50,012 bases of DNA from a virus (IMGVR_UViG_3300032239_001852:1-50012), one strand, 5' to 3'; positions 23,808-33,740 are shown, numbered from the stretch's first letter. Made by a program: numbers and translations. Notes: generated by a model not told the origin, from the letters alone.

Positions 23808-26303
23808 GTGGATTTCAAGGTTTATACAAATGCGCTAAAGGCGTACGAGGCCCCAAACGGCGACCTCATCGTTACCGGTACAACCTCCTCGACGATCCGT
23901 GACCTTCACGGCGACGAGATGACTCTTAACGCCATTTCTTCTATGGCAGAGACAGCCCGGCAGAATATGACAATTTTCCTTAACCACAATTATAATGTTC
24001 CTGAGGACTTGTTTGGTTCAGTGACTGATGCCCGTATTGTCAAGCGTTTCGATGCCGAAACAAATGCTGAGGTGTATGATCTTGACATTGATGTATTGGT
24101 GTGCAAAGAGGACGAAAATCCAGAGGCTATGCGTGCTTATAAAGCAATTAAACGTGGCGTAAAACTTGGTCTTTCTATTGGCGCTCGAGTTGATCGCGTT
24201 TCTAAGCGAAAAGACGCAAAAACCGGCGAAGATAGCTACGTCATCGACTCTGTAAAGCTTATGGAGGCTTCGGTTGTTGGCATTCCTGCCAACCAGCGTT
24301 CGTATCTCCAGAACGCAATCAAGAGTCTTAAGGCTGCAGAAAACGCTGGCGAAATTATCCTTGAAGAAAAAGCCGATGGCCTATCTATTGGTGATTTTGT
24401 TTCTTGGGGCTCAAGCGGTGGCACCGCTCGAGGTGAAATTACCCGAGTAGTGCGAAAGGGAACGATTAACGTGCCTGACTCTAATTTTACAATCACTGGG
24501 ACACCGGAAGACCCGGCCGCTTTAATTAGGGTTTACCGCAAGAATAGCGAGGGCTGGGGCGCTACGGACACACTAGTTGGCCATAAGTTCTCTACGCTGA
24601 CAAAAGTGCAACCGCTTAAAGCTGGCGTGGACCTTATTGATTTTTCCAAGGCTGTTGAGGTTGAGGGCCAACCTTCTGCTGATAAGGCCGCCCTTATTGC
24701 TTGCCTGCAGCAGTACCACGCAGATAACATTGCGTTCTATCTTGAGGCCCATGGGGCGCATTGGAATGTAGTCGGTGAAGATTTCACTGAGTATCATGAA
24801 CTTTTTGAAGAGATCTATGAGGACGCACAGGAAGCGATTGATCCAATTGCTGAGTTGCTGCGCAAATTGAATGCCCCATCGCTGGCAGATATCCGTGAAG
24901 TAGCAGCCAAGGCTACCGGAGAAACTGTGGCTGACGACAACGACCCAGAAAGCCTTGCTGAGGCAGTTTACGCCGCCAATGAGGCGTTGCTTGATCAAAT
25001 TGTTGCTTGCATTAATGAAGCAACAAAGATCAATCAACAGGGAGTTCTTAATTTCTTGGCAGAGCGCCAGGATATGCATCAGAAGTGGTCATGGCAGCTT
25101 CGCGCATCCCTTGCGCCTGAAGAGGCTGAGCCAGAACCGGCTGAAACCCCTGAGGTTCCGGGCGATATGCCAGACATGCAAGACGCCATGAAGGCAGCTG
25201 CCAATTGGTCATGCTGCGGCTCTAAGTCGCTGCCAATCGCAGAGACCTCCCAATCATGGGACGGCGCTGCCGCCAAGGCTCGAATCTTTGCCTGGGCGGG
25301 CTTTGATGGCGCGAACCCATCACCAGAGAAGGCCTCACACGCCTTCCTTATTCATGATACGGCAAACAGCGACCTCAAGGGTGCCTACAAGCTTCCATTC
25401 GCTGATGTTGTTGACGGTGAACTGAAGGCTATTCCTTCAGGGATTCGTGCGGCCGCCAGCCGGCTGCCAAATACCGATGCTCCTGCTGACGTTCTGAAGA
25501 GCGCCCGTGGGATTATCGATGCTTATGAGCGCAAGATGAATCCGGAGAAGTCCGCTGAGTCTGTGCTCGCTGAAGGAGACATTACCGTGGATACTGAAAA
25601 GGCTACGCGGGTCACCGTCACCGTCACGCAGAGCGATGACAAGGAGACGAGGAAGCCCTCTGACGAAAACCAGGCCCCTGAGCCCGATAGCACCGAGGCC
25701 CCGGCCGCCGTTGCTAAGTCTGAAACTGAGCCCACAGCGGAACCAGCTGTTGAGGGGCCAGCCGTTGAGCCGACCGTCGAGGAGCCTGTTGCTGAGGAGG
25801 CCGTTAGCCCGGCTGTCCAAGCATTGCAGGACCTTGGGGCCGTCCTTGTTCGCGCCAGCGCCGATGAGCGCGCGCGAATCATTTCTAAGGTTGCTGAGCT
25901 CGTCTCTGATGGCGAGCCTGTAGCTGAGGTTGTGGCTGAAGAGCCGCAGCCCGAAGTTGCGCCTGAGGTTGCAGAGGAGCCCGTTGTGGCCCCTGTGGAG
26001 CCTGAGGCCGAGGTTGCTGTCGAGGCTTCGGCTATCGATGAGGTGACCGCTATCGCTAAGTCTGCACTGGATGCAGCCTTTGCGGCTCAGCAGGAGGTCG
26101 CAGCCGTCAAGGCTCAGCTGACCGAACTACTTAGCCAGAAGGCCACGGTCGAGGCTGACCTCGCTAAGGCACTTGATGTCGTCGGGCGACTGATGGATCT
26201 TCCATCTGGCCGCAAGTCGTATTCTGCTGCTGCAAACAATTCCGGGACGAATGCCCCTTGGCTTTCGCCCGTCATCCAGCGCATGCTGGACAACCAGGAG
26301 TAA
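23808..26303 (+). CDS. HK97-type prohead protease / scaffold multidomain fusion containing a Dps-like domain
   Basis: GGAGG RBS and GTG 23808; RDLHGD...NHNY...GLSIG...EASVVGIPAN protease motifs; HWNVVG..F..YHELFEE Dps motif; acidic Pro/Glu/Ala tail. Confidence 0.85.
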   Translation: MDFKVYTNALKAYEAPNGDLIVTGTTSSTIRDLHGDEMTLNAISSMAETARQNMTIFLNHNYNVPEDLFGSVTDARIVKRFDAETNAEVYDLDIDVLVCKEDENPEAMRAYKAIKRGVKLGLSIGARVDRVSKRKDAKTGEDSYVIDSVKLMEASVVGIPANQRSYLQNAIKSLKAAENAGEIILEEKADGLSIGDFVSWGSSGGTARGEITRVVRKGTINVPDSNFTITGTPEDPAALIRVYRKNSEGWGATDTLVGHKFSTLTKVQPLKAGVDLIDFSKAVEVEGQPSADKAALIACLQQYHADNIAFYLEAHGAHWNVVGEDFTEYHELFEEIYEDAQEAIDPIAELLRKLNAPSLADIREVAAKATGETVADDNDPESLAEAVYAANEALLDQIVACINEATKINQQGVLNFLAERQDMHQKWSWQLRASLAPEEAEPEPAETPEVPGDMPDMQDAMKAAANWSCCGSKSLPIAETSQSWDGAAAKARIFAWAGFDGANPSPEKASHAFLIHDTANSDLKGAYKLPFADVVDGELKAIPSGIRAAASRLPNTDAPADVLKSARGIIDAYERKMNPEKSAESVLAEGDITVDTEKATRVTVTVTQSDDKETRKPSDENQAPEPDSTEAPAAVAKSETEPTAEPAVEGPAVEPTVEEPVAEEAVSPAVQALQDLGAVLVRASADERARIISKVAELVSDGEPVAEVVAEEPQPEVAPEVAEEPVVAPVEPEAEVAVEASAIDEVTAIAKSALDAAFAAQQEVAAVKAQLTELLSQKATVEADLAKALDVVGRLMDLPSGRKSYSAAANNSGTNAPWLSPVIQRMLDNQE

Positions 26304-26308
26304 AAATC

Positions 26309-27538
26309 ATGAGTGAAATTAACGAGAAACTGCAGGAAGTGCAGAAGGGTCTTGATACCCTTGGCACCGCTCCTCACCTCGTCGGCCGAGTTGCTGACGA
26401 GAACATCGACGTCGCCGAGGCCTATGCGACTCAGCGCGAGCTTCGCAAGAAGTTCACGAAGATGAACCGCAGCGAGCTTGGCGAGATGCTTGACATCCAG
26501 GCTACCCGTGAGACGGGCAAGCAGGCTTCGTCCGACGTTCTTAACCGCCTTGCGGTTGCGAACCCGAACATTGCCAAGCTTCTTGATGCCAGCGGTGGCG
26601 CAGCGCTTATCCGCCAGGATCTTGAGCCAATTCTTTACGCTCTTTTCGTAAAGAAGTTCCCAATGTTTGACCGTCTTCGCAAGGAGCCAGCAAACGGCCT
26701 TGTGCACGCGTTCAATCAGCAGTCGGCCTATGGCGATGCAGTCTTCCAGACGGAGACGGGCACCGTTACGGACGATGTCAATACGTACGCACGACAGACG
26801 ACCAACGTGGCCGTTCTGGCGACCCGCCGTGGTATCACCCTGAAGTCGCAGTTTGCGATTACCCAGGGCGGCGCTCCGGGGCAGCAGGGCCTTTCAACCG
26901 AGCTTGAGGGTGGCGTCACTGCCATCGCCCACAAGCTTCAGAAGACCCTTTTCCAGGGTAATGCCAACACCACTTCTGGTGCAGGCGCTACCACCGAGCT
27001 TGGCGCCTATGATGCGAACGGTTTTGACGGTCTCCGCAAGCTCCTCGGAGCTGCGGCCGGTACTGCCCAGATCGCAAACAAGGGAACAGCTTCCTACCTA
27101 AGCGTTATCAACAACAACGTTGCTGATATCCTTAGCGCCGGTGGCAATCCTTCGGCAATTGCATTGAACCCAACCGACTACGCTGGTTTGGTTAATGAAG
27201 TCACGAACCTAGTTCGCTATACCGGCGCAAGCCGAGCGGGCGAGCAGATGGGTCTTGGTCTTGGTTCCGTTGTCACGGCTGCCGGCGAGCTTCCGCTCCT
27301 GGCCGTCCCTGGCGACGCAATCGGAACGTACACCTACAGCTCGACGGCTTACCGCGACCTTTATGTCGTGGACGAGTCGGTCTGGTCGATGCCGTACCTT
27401 GGTTCGGATTCGATCACCACGCTTGAGATTCCAGTTGGTGTGAACGGTTCGCTTTCACGCCTGTACATCATGTACTGCATGTTTGGTCTTTCGAATAAGG
27501 CCCCGCAGTTCAATGGTAAGGTCCGCGTTTCGATCTAA
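26309..27538 (+). CDS. major capsid protein
   Basis: Follows the protease; ~409 aa; ALIRQDLEP...LFQGNA...FDGLRK; followed by a strong terminator. Confidence 0.85.
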   Translation: MSEINEKLQEVQKGLDTLGTAPHLVGRVADENIDVAEAYATQRELRKKFTKMNRSELGEMLDIQATRETGKQASSDVLNRLAVANPNIAKLLDASGGAALIRQDLEPILYALFVKKFPMFDRLRKEPANGLVHAFNQQSAYGDAVFQTETGTVTDDVNTYARQTTNVAVLATRRGITLKSQFAITQGGAPGQQGLSTELEGGVTAIAHKLQKTLFQGNANTTSGAGATTELGAYDANGFDGLRKLLGAAAGTAQIANKGTASYLSVINNNVADILSAGGNPSAIALNPTDYAGLVNEVTNLVRYTGASRAGEQMGLGLGSVVTAAGELPLLAVPGDAIGTYTYSSTAYRDLYVVDESVWSMPYLGSDSITTLEIPVGVNGSLSRLYIMYCMFGLSNKAPQFNGKVRVSI

Positions 27539-27562
27539 TCGGCGCAGGTCTTTGAAATGCCT

Positions 27563-27594
27563 GGGGGGCGGGGTGAGTGACCCCGCCCCCTTTG
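27563..27594 (+). terminator. intrinsic terminator after the capsid gene
   Basis: GGGGGCGGGG-loop-CCCCGCCCCC-TTT. Confidence 0.75.
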
Positions 27595-27609
27595 CATTAG
27601 AGGTTACTT

Positions 27610-27840
27610 ATGGCAAAACAACGTAAAAACAGGAAAATTAGCTTTGACGAGGTTATGGCCAGAAAAGCTATTGCTTTCGCTATTGCCAAAGACCCGTCAT
27701 ACTTAGTAGAAATTGAATGGACCGGCGGCACTCGGATTATGTTCTCAGATGGCTCATCTGCACAGTTCCGTGGCAATCGGTCGAAGATTCCGCTACGCCT
27801 CCTTCAAGAGGCACAGCATCATGGATGCAAGCGCATCTAG
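27610..27840 (+). CDS. hypothetical protein
   Basis: GAGG RBS; head module position. Confidence 0.6.
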   Translation: MAKQRKNRKISFDEVMARKAIAFAIAKDPSYLVEIEWTGGTRIMFSDGSSAQFRGNRSKIPLRLLQEAQHHGCKRI

Positions 27841-27853
27841 CAAGGAGAAAAAA

Positions 27854-28168
27854 ATGGTAGATATCAATAGCGTTCTTGGCATTAATCCGACCCCAGAAGC
27901 CGAGCCAGAGGCTGAGCCTGTGGTTATTGCTGAAAACCCAGTCGAAGAGCCTGTGGTTGTCCCTACAGCTGCTCCAGTGGCAGCTGCAGCTCAAGTCCGA
28001 GCCGTAGGCGAAGACTTTGAAGCCCTTCCAGGTATCTGGAATATTGCCCTAAGCATCACGCATTCGTTTACTCTTCCAGACGGCACCTGGGTTCGCCCAG
28101 TTCAGCTTGGCGGCGAGACCCGCGCAGCAGTACCTGCCGAGTGGGTTGAGCACGTTCGTTCGCTGTAA
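27854..28168 (+). CDS. hypothetical protein
   Basis: AAGGAG RBS before ATG 27854. Confidence 0.65.
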   Translation: MVDINSVLGINPTPEAEPEAEPVVIAENPVEEPVVVPTAAPVAAAAQVRAVGEDFEALPGIWNIALSITHSFTLPDGTWVRPVQLGGETRAAVPAEWVEHVRSL

Positions 28169-28188
28169 TTAAATAAAGGCGGTAGACA

Positions 28189-29121
28189 ATGGCCAGTCTT
28201 GTAACGCTCTCGGTACCAGGCATTATCTCAGACATCAGCACGTACAACCGTATTCAGGTTGGCCGGGCAATCAATGAGGCAGATGCTACGGCACAGTCCG
28301 GCACCTGGGAGATTCTCGGGTACGTCCCCCTTGTGGCCAACGTGTCGTCGTATTCTTATTACGACGCGACGGGAGATGCTACTAACTATTACTCTTACCG
28401 CCTAAACAACTCTGGATCTGGGGCAAATGGCGCATGGAGCCTTAGCATTGTTGGCAGGGTTGAAGGCTATCTTACGGTTTCAGAGTTTCGAGAATATGAG
28501 CTTGGAGATCTCTCTCTGCCAGATGGAACAAATGTAAGTGATCAAAAAATTCGCTCAGTTGTCAAAATGGCAAGCTCAATGATCGACTCCTATGTTGGTT
28601 ACTCATTTGATCACCGTCGATCTGTTGAAAGACATAAGTGGGACCAGGCAACTCGCCGAATTTACCCACGCCACAAGGGCATTGTCAGCGTTGAGGCGGT
28701 AAGAATTTACGTTAGCGCGTTGCAATCTGCCGCCTTCACCGTTAACGACATTTTTATTAATGATGACCGAGGCTACGTTGAGATCACAAGCCTTGCGAAT
28801 GTAACCTATTCTCTTTTCCCAGCAATTGTTGCGCTGGGGATGATTGAGCCTGTTGCAGAGATTACCTATACGCATGGGAACGTTCAGATTCCACAAGATA
28901 TTAAAGATGCAGCTGCACTCATAGTTGTAGATCTACTTGCCAAGGATAACGTAGCAAAACAAGGACTTCAAGGGATTAGTCGCCTCCGGGTGGGCGAAAT
29001 GGAAATCTATGCAGACCAGTCTGGCTCGGGCGGGAGCCGAATAAAGCGAGACCCACTTGCCTCTATCCCGCTTGCCGCAACGCTTATGCTTGACGCCTAT
29101 ATCCGGACAGCAATACGATGA
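28189..29121 (+). CDS. head-tail adaptor/connector
   Basis: YLTVSEF...ASSMIDSYVG...ITYTHG...IPQDIKDAA; synteny. Confidence 0.7.
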   Translation: MASLVTLSVPGIISDISTYNRIQVGRAINEADATAQSGTWEILGYVPLVANVSSYSYYDATGDATNYYSYRLNNSGSGANGAWSLSIVGRVEGYLTVSEFREYELGDLSLPDGTNVSDQKIRSVVKMASSMIDSYVGYSFDHRRSVERHKWDQATRRIYPRHKGIVSVEAVRIYVSALQSAAFTVNDIFINDDRGYVEITSLANVTYSLFPAIVALGMIEPVAEITYTHGNVQIPQDIKDAAALIVVDLLAKDNVAKQGLQGISRLRVGEMEIYADQSGSGGSRIKRDPLASIPLAATLMLDAYIRTAIR

Positions 29122-29447
29122 GCCTTCCGGGATTTGTTAGCACAATTTCACTTCTTAGAAAAGGACTGCAATCACAAGATGCAATGGGTTCGCCTATAAT
29201 CACTGAGACTTTAATATGGACTAAAAAAGGTCATTATCAACAATTTTATGGAAATGAACAACCTAACCCAGCTGGTCGAACAACAAAAAACATGTTTAAA
29301 TTTTGGTTGCCATATCTTTCTGGTGATGACCGGCCGCAAGTCAACGATACGCTCATGACAAACGGCAGTGAATATACCGTCGCGTCAATTAATGAAGAGT
29401 CTATGCAACATCATTTGCTAGTTGAGGCTTGGATTGTTGAAAGGTAG
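29118..29447 (+). CDS. putative head-closure protein
   Basis: Size, synteny, ..DTL....YTV..I pattern. Confidence 0.55.
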   Translation: MSLPGFVSTISLLRKGLQSQDAMGSPIITETLIWTKKGHYQQFYGNEQPNPAGRTTKNMFKFWLPYLSGDDRPQVNDTLMTNGSEYTVASINEESMQHHLLVEAWIVER

Positions 29448-29449
29448 CC

Positions 29450-30145
29450 ATGGGTGCCGCAAGAGTTAACATCAATGTCACTTCGGCAACAAAAATACTC
29501 AAAGCCGTTGGCCAAGCCATGCAGTATTCCGCAGATTCCTCATCTCAAGCCTTTACGCAGGCTGCATTGCCCCTTGTAGAGGCCGCCGTCTACGCTGATG
29601 GAGATGGCCTGGCGGCGATGGCAGCAGAACTAGCGCCGGTTGATACCGGAGCCCTTGTTGCGGGATTGAGCTCTCCAAATTCAAATGAGGGGTTTGCAAA
29701 AAATAGACAGTCTCAATCTGTGTTTTCTGTTCATGCAAGCGGAGGTGGTAACGTAGCGGTCATTGGCGTTGAATATGGTACCGATCCAACGCAAAAAGGA
29801 AACTCATATGGTGATAGTACCGGAACTGATTTCCTAAGCGAGCCTACGGCAAAGTTTATGCCCAAGCTTCAGGGGATTGCCGATGCGCTCGCGGCCTCCA
29901 TGGCGATCAATATCGCAGAAGCAATTCAAGCTGTTGCTGAGGGGGCTTCTGCATACGGCAAGGTAAAACAAAAACTTTCTCCGCAATCAATTCAGCGCCT
30001 TGCGAAGAAGTTTGGCACTGAGGCCGTTGGAACCCAGTCTGGGCGAGGGTTTGGCTATAAGAAGCTAAGCGGCCTGAGCAGATCCCAATACCTTAAGATC
30101 ATGCGTCAGCGCCGCTATAAGCTCCGTCAGGCCGGCCTCGCTTAG
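29450..30145 (+). CDS. HK97 gp10-like tail completion protein
   Basis: LAPVDTGAL...VEYGT motif. Confidence 0.6.
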   Translation: MGAARVNINVTSATKILKAVGQAMQYSADSSSQAFTQAALPLVEAAVYADGDGLAAMAAELAPVDTGALVAGLSSPNSNEGFAKNRQSQSVFSVHASGGGNVAVIGVEYGTDPTQKGNSYGDSTGTDFLSEPTAKFMPKLQGIADALAASMAINIAEAIQAVAEGASAYGKVKQKLSPQSIQRLAKKFGTEAVGTQSGRGFGYKKLSGLSRSQYLKIMRQRRYKLRQAGLA

Positions 30146-31422
30146 TCGAGGCGCACCAAATACTCTGCCGTAACCCCAGATTCGTGCTGGAACAGCAACC
30201 ATTGGCACGGCTCACCAGCAGAAGCAAGCTGCTCCTGCGCATACGTATTGGAGCTTTCGGTTGAGCCACCGCTCCAGTGCGTAATTCCGTTTAGGTACAT
30301 ACGAGTTGGGGTATGGAAGTGTCCTGCAACGCTATAATCAAACCGCGCTACAGTCATGTTCCATCCCTGAAGCTTCTTGCCGAAGCCATACCAGGGGAAT
30401 CCTGCGAAGCCGCCGGAGACCTGATCGCCATGGAATAGAAACCATGTCTTGCCCTTGACTTCGTCAGTAGCAAACCACGCGCGCTCGCCCTTGGCAAGCG
30501 TTTCAACCCACTCCACGTTTCCCTGCTCTTTCACAAGCATTGAAGCAATCCTGTACATCATTGCATCGGCATTTGATTCGGGGTGGAATGTACCCTTCCT
30601 GCCAAGCCGGCCATGATTACCAATAACACCAACGACTCGAACTTTCTCAAAATCCCCGCTAAGCTTACGAATAAGCCCCGCAAGAATTTCTCCCCCGTGG
30701 AACACTTGGTTATACAAAGAGGCATCCACAAGGTGCGCCTGGCCCGGGAAAATATCTTCTCCCTCAATCAAGTCGCCAAGCAAATACACCCGCAGTTCTT
30801 TTACCGGATGTGCCTTGCGCTGAATATCAACAAGACGCTGTACTTTCTCGGCAAGTTTCTCAATGCGTTCTGCGCACACTTCTGAGCTATACGTAGGGGT
30901 GATTTTTCCAAGCTGCCAATCGGAAAGAATGAGAATTGCAGTTTCGTCGTCAGTCTTGCGATTATCTGACTTTGGCGGCTTTACTGGCGCAAGGTGCATC
31001 GTTGTGGCTGCCTCTCGGGCCGCTTGATACACCGCTTCAATCAATTCGCTACGATCTCGCTCTTTGTCGTCAAGCTTCTTCAGCGCCTTGCGATGGGCTG
31101 ACTTTAGCCGCTCAATTTCGCCAACTGCCTCGTAGGAAGCAATTTCTTTTTCGGCAACTTCATGAACCACATCAATCTCCTGTTTACCGATTGAGGCAAT
31201 TACTGAGCCGAGCGTATTCGGAATGATTTCCCGAGAGCGGCCATTAAATTTTCGACGGTCAATAAACGACTTTTCTCCTCGGAGAAGCCGACCCTTCATT
31301 AGCCGGTGTGCCGTAGCAGTACGGTACGGGTAAAGGCTGAGGAATTCGTCGGTCTCAAGGCGAATAGCGTCCTGCTTCTCAGAAGCCGTCCAGGGGTGAA
31401 TAACCTTGTACGGTTGAGTCAT
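30142..31422 (-). CDS. calcineurin-like metallophosphoesterase
   Basis: LSDWQLG, LGDLIEG, GNHGR, FHGD and GHFH motifs. Confidence 0.85.
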   Translation of the reverse strand: MTQPYKVIHPWTASEKQDAIRLETDEFLSLYPYRTATAHRLMKGRLLRGEKSFIDRRKFNGRSREIIPNTLGSVIASIGKQEIDVVHEVAEKEIASYEAVGEIERLKSAHRKALKKLDDKERDRSELIEAVYQAAREAATTMHLAPVKPPKSDNRKTDDETAILILSDWQLGKITPTYSSEVCAERIEKLAEKVQRLVDIQRKAHPVKELRVYLLGDLIEGEDIFPGQAHLVDASLYNQVFHGGEILAGLIRKLSGDFEKVRVVGVIGNHGRLGRKGTFHPESNADAMMYRIASMLVKEQGNVEWVETLAKGERAWFATDEVKGKTWFLFHGDQVSGGFAGFPWYGFGKKLQGWNMTVARFDYSVAGHFHTPTRMYLNGITHWSGGSTESSNTYAQEQLASAGEPCQWLLFQHESGVTAEYLVRLD

Positions 31423-31433
31423 CAGGCCTCCAA

Positions 31434-31583
31434 CTACTTCTTGCGAGAAGCAGGCTTTGCCGCAACCCGAGCTACGGGCTTGGCTGGAGCCTTTGCGGCT
31501 CCCTTATTTACCTTGGTAGCCTTTGCTACCTTGCTCTTGCCGCCTTTGCGAAAGAGCTTTGAGAACACATCTTTAAAACCCAT
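31434..31583 (-). CDS. small Lys/Ala-rich basic protein (49 aa, not in ORF track)
   Basis: GAAGGAG RBS; MGFKDVFSKLFRKGGKSKVAKATKVNKGAAKAPASPVARVAAKPASRKK. Confidence 0.6.
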   Translation of the reverse strand: MGFKDVFSKLFRKGGKSKVAKATKVNKGAAKAPAKPVARVAAKPASRKK

Positions 31584-31713
31584 GTTTTACTCCTTCTGGC
31601 CCACTGGCCAACATGAGCATATCACAATCAAGCACCGAATGCGGGATACGCTGTGGAAAATGTAGATATTTTGAACATAGACCCACCCAATGTCAACCAT
31701 TAAAATGGTGAGC

Positions 31714-32112
31714 ATGGTAGGAATATACGAAGCATTTTTCTCCGCGTTGGGCTCCGACACGCAGCTGCAAACGCTGCTTGGCGGGACTGCCACGGACAAA
31801 AAAGTGTATCCAGTGTTTCACCAGGGAAAGAGCAACCCGCCTTCTATCCGTGTCGCCATCTATTCCGGGGGCAGCGATGTTGCCCTGAACGTTGACCGAC
31901 CGGTTGTAGACGTGCTGGTTACCAGCAAAACCAGTGCCGCAGAGATGAACACTATTGGCAACCGAGTAGATGTGGTGCTTAATAGGAAACGCCTCTCCGG
32001 GCCGAATGGAATAGTGCTGCATCTTTCGCATAAAGTGGCAGAACGGGACTATTACGACGACCCGAGTCTGGAGTACCGGCGAGTGATCCGGTACAGCGTC
32101 ATCAAAACATAG
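31714..32112 (+). CDS. putative tail terminator protein (start uncertain, 31690-31714)
   Basis: Immediately upstream of the tail tube genes; L..D..LQ.LLG..VYP pattern. Confidence 0.6.
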   Translation: MVGIYEAFFSALGSDTQLQTLLGGTATDKKVYPVFHQGKSNPPSIRVAIYSGGSDVALNVDRPVVDVLVTSKTSAAEMNTIGNRVDVVLNRKRLSGPNGIVLHLSHKVAERDYYDDPSLEYRRVIRYSVIKT

Positions 32113-32122
32113 GAGAAACACA

Positions 32123-32806
32123 ATGCTTACACTTGGATCTGGTGTAGTCAAGGTGGCGTTCTGGAAGTCCGGGGCAGTCATCGGTCAGACATCAAACTAC
32201 TTTAATAGCACGGTTGGTTATGGCAATACCAATGAGCTTGTAACCGTTGGTGAAGTCGGTGGGGACGTAGAGTTCGACATCAACTTCCAGGAGCGCGAGT
32301 TCTATGGTCAGGCAAACTTCCCTATTGCTAAGGCATTCTTCGGCGGCAAGGCCGAAATCCGCGCCCGTGGCGTTGAGATTAACTGGGACAACGTGAAGAA
32401 CCTCTTCCACGTTTCGCTTGGTGAGTCGAAGACCACAAATGGCACGGACCTTACCCTTGACGCTACGGCGTATGGTTATGCTCATGACAACTTTAGCGGT
32501 GGGCAGTACTCGGTCAACTTTGACCCAGACGGCGGCCGACCAAACAACACCATTAGCAACGTGACGGCCCTCATGGGCTTGCCACGACCGCTGTATGTCA
32601 AGTTTGAGCATGTTCGCTCGGACGATCCTTCCAAGTCGGTGATCATTCACCTTCCGAAGGCATACAGCATGCAGCTGACAATGCCGTTCACCCGTGAAGA
32701 TATTGCCCGTCAGGACATTAACTTCTCGGCCATTGTGGACCGCGATTGCAAGGTTACATCTGGCTCGACAAGCGCGACCCCATCGGTCGTCGTCATCGAG
32801 GCGTAA
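32123..32806 (+). CDS. major tail (tube) protein, paralog 1
   Basis: Synteny; beta-rich; GEVGGDVEF; AGGAG RBS. Confidence 0.7.
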   Translation: MLTLGSGVVKVAFWKSGAVIGQTSNYFNSTVGYGNTNELVTVGEVGGDVEFDINFQEREFYGQANFPIAKAFFGGKAEIRARGVEINWDNVKNLFHVSLGESKTTNGTDLTLDATAYGYAHDNFSGGQYSVNFDPDGGRPNNTISNVTALMGLPRPLYVKFEHVRSDDPSKSVIIHLPKAYSMQLTMPFTREDIARQDINFSAIVDRDCKVTSGSTSATPSVVVIEA

Positions 32807-32829
32807 TAGTAGATTAGGGGGTCACGGAT

Positions 32830-33693
32830 ATGTTTACTCTCGGAAGCGGTCGTCTAAAGCTTGGAACATGGCTCAACGGCGGCCTATACACACAAGTGTC
32901 CGGCGTCTCTGTGACCCCCTCTACTGTCAGCGGTTCAGTTCCGGCTGGGACGTACTACGTACGTGTCGCCGGAAAGAACGCCGCTGGCGTCGCCAGCCCT
33001 TCGGCGACGTACATCGCCGTCCTAAGCGCCACTGGAAAGCTTGACGTTTCCTGGACGGCCCTTACGGGTGCAACTGCTGGGTATGATGTCTATGTTGGCA
33101 CAGTAAATAATTATGATTGGAAGCAGGGATCAGTTTCTGCGGGAACCACAACTCTTAGCGTTACGGCCCTTGCTGACCCAGCAGGCGCTGATCTTGCGCA
33201 ATATAAAGGCCTGCAGGACATTGGGGAAATTGGTGGAGACGTAGAGTTTGACATCACTTTCCAGGAACGTGAATTTTACGGCCAGTACAACTTCCCTATT
33301 TCTAAAGCCCATTTTGGTGGAAAGTCAACCATTCGTGTTCGTGGCCTTGAAATGGACCCCATGCGATTCCAGCGCTTGTTTAGCGTTACCGCAACAAACA
33401 ACGCAAGCTCCACGGTATACCCAGGAACATTGAATTTCCGCGAGAGCATTAACTTTGGCACTGCAGCTGTAAACCCGTTGGACCTTTCAATGCTTCGTAA
33501 CCGACCGGTTCGTGCTGAATTTACACACACCCGCTCGGACGATCCCTCGCATACGGTGGCCATTACGGCCTACAAAGCGTGCATTTACCAGCACAACATT
33601 CCGTTCACACGCGAGGACATCATCAAGGTTGATCTTGAGTTCAACCTGCAGTATGATTCCAGCACGGCGCAGATTGTGTCGATTGCAGCCTAA
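32830..33693 (+). CDS. major tail (tube) protein, paralog 2, with inserted Ig/FN3-like domain
   Basis: Shares GGDVEFDIxFQEREFYGQxNFPI, RSDDPS and PFTREDI with paralog 1. Confidence 0.7.
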   Translation: MFTLGSGRLKLGTWLNGGLYTQVSGVSVTPSTVSGSVPAGTYYVRVAGKNAAGVASPSATYIAVLSATGKLDVSWTALTGATAGYDVYVGTVNNYDWKQGSVSAGTTTLSVTALADPAGADLAQYKGLQDIGEIGGDVEFDITFQEREFYGQYNFPISKAHFGGKSTIRVRGLEMDPMRFQRLFSVTATNNASSTVYPGTLNFRESINFGTAAVNPLDLSMLRNRPVRAEFTHTRSDDPSHTVAITAYKACIYQHNIPFTREDIIKVDLEFNLQYDSSTAQIVSIAA

Positions 33694-33740
33694 TCGCTGC
33701 TAGCTGGCAAACTCCCCATCGCGGGGAATAAGGAGTTCAC

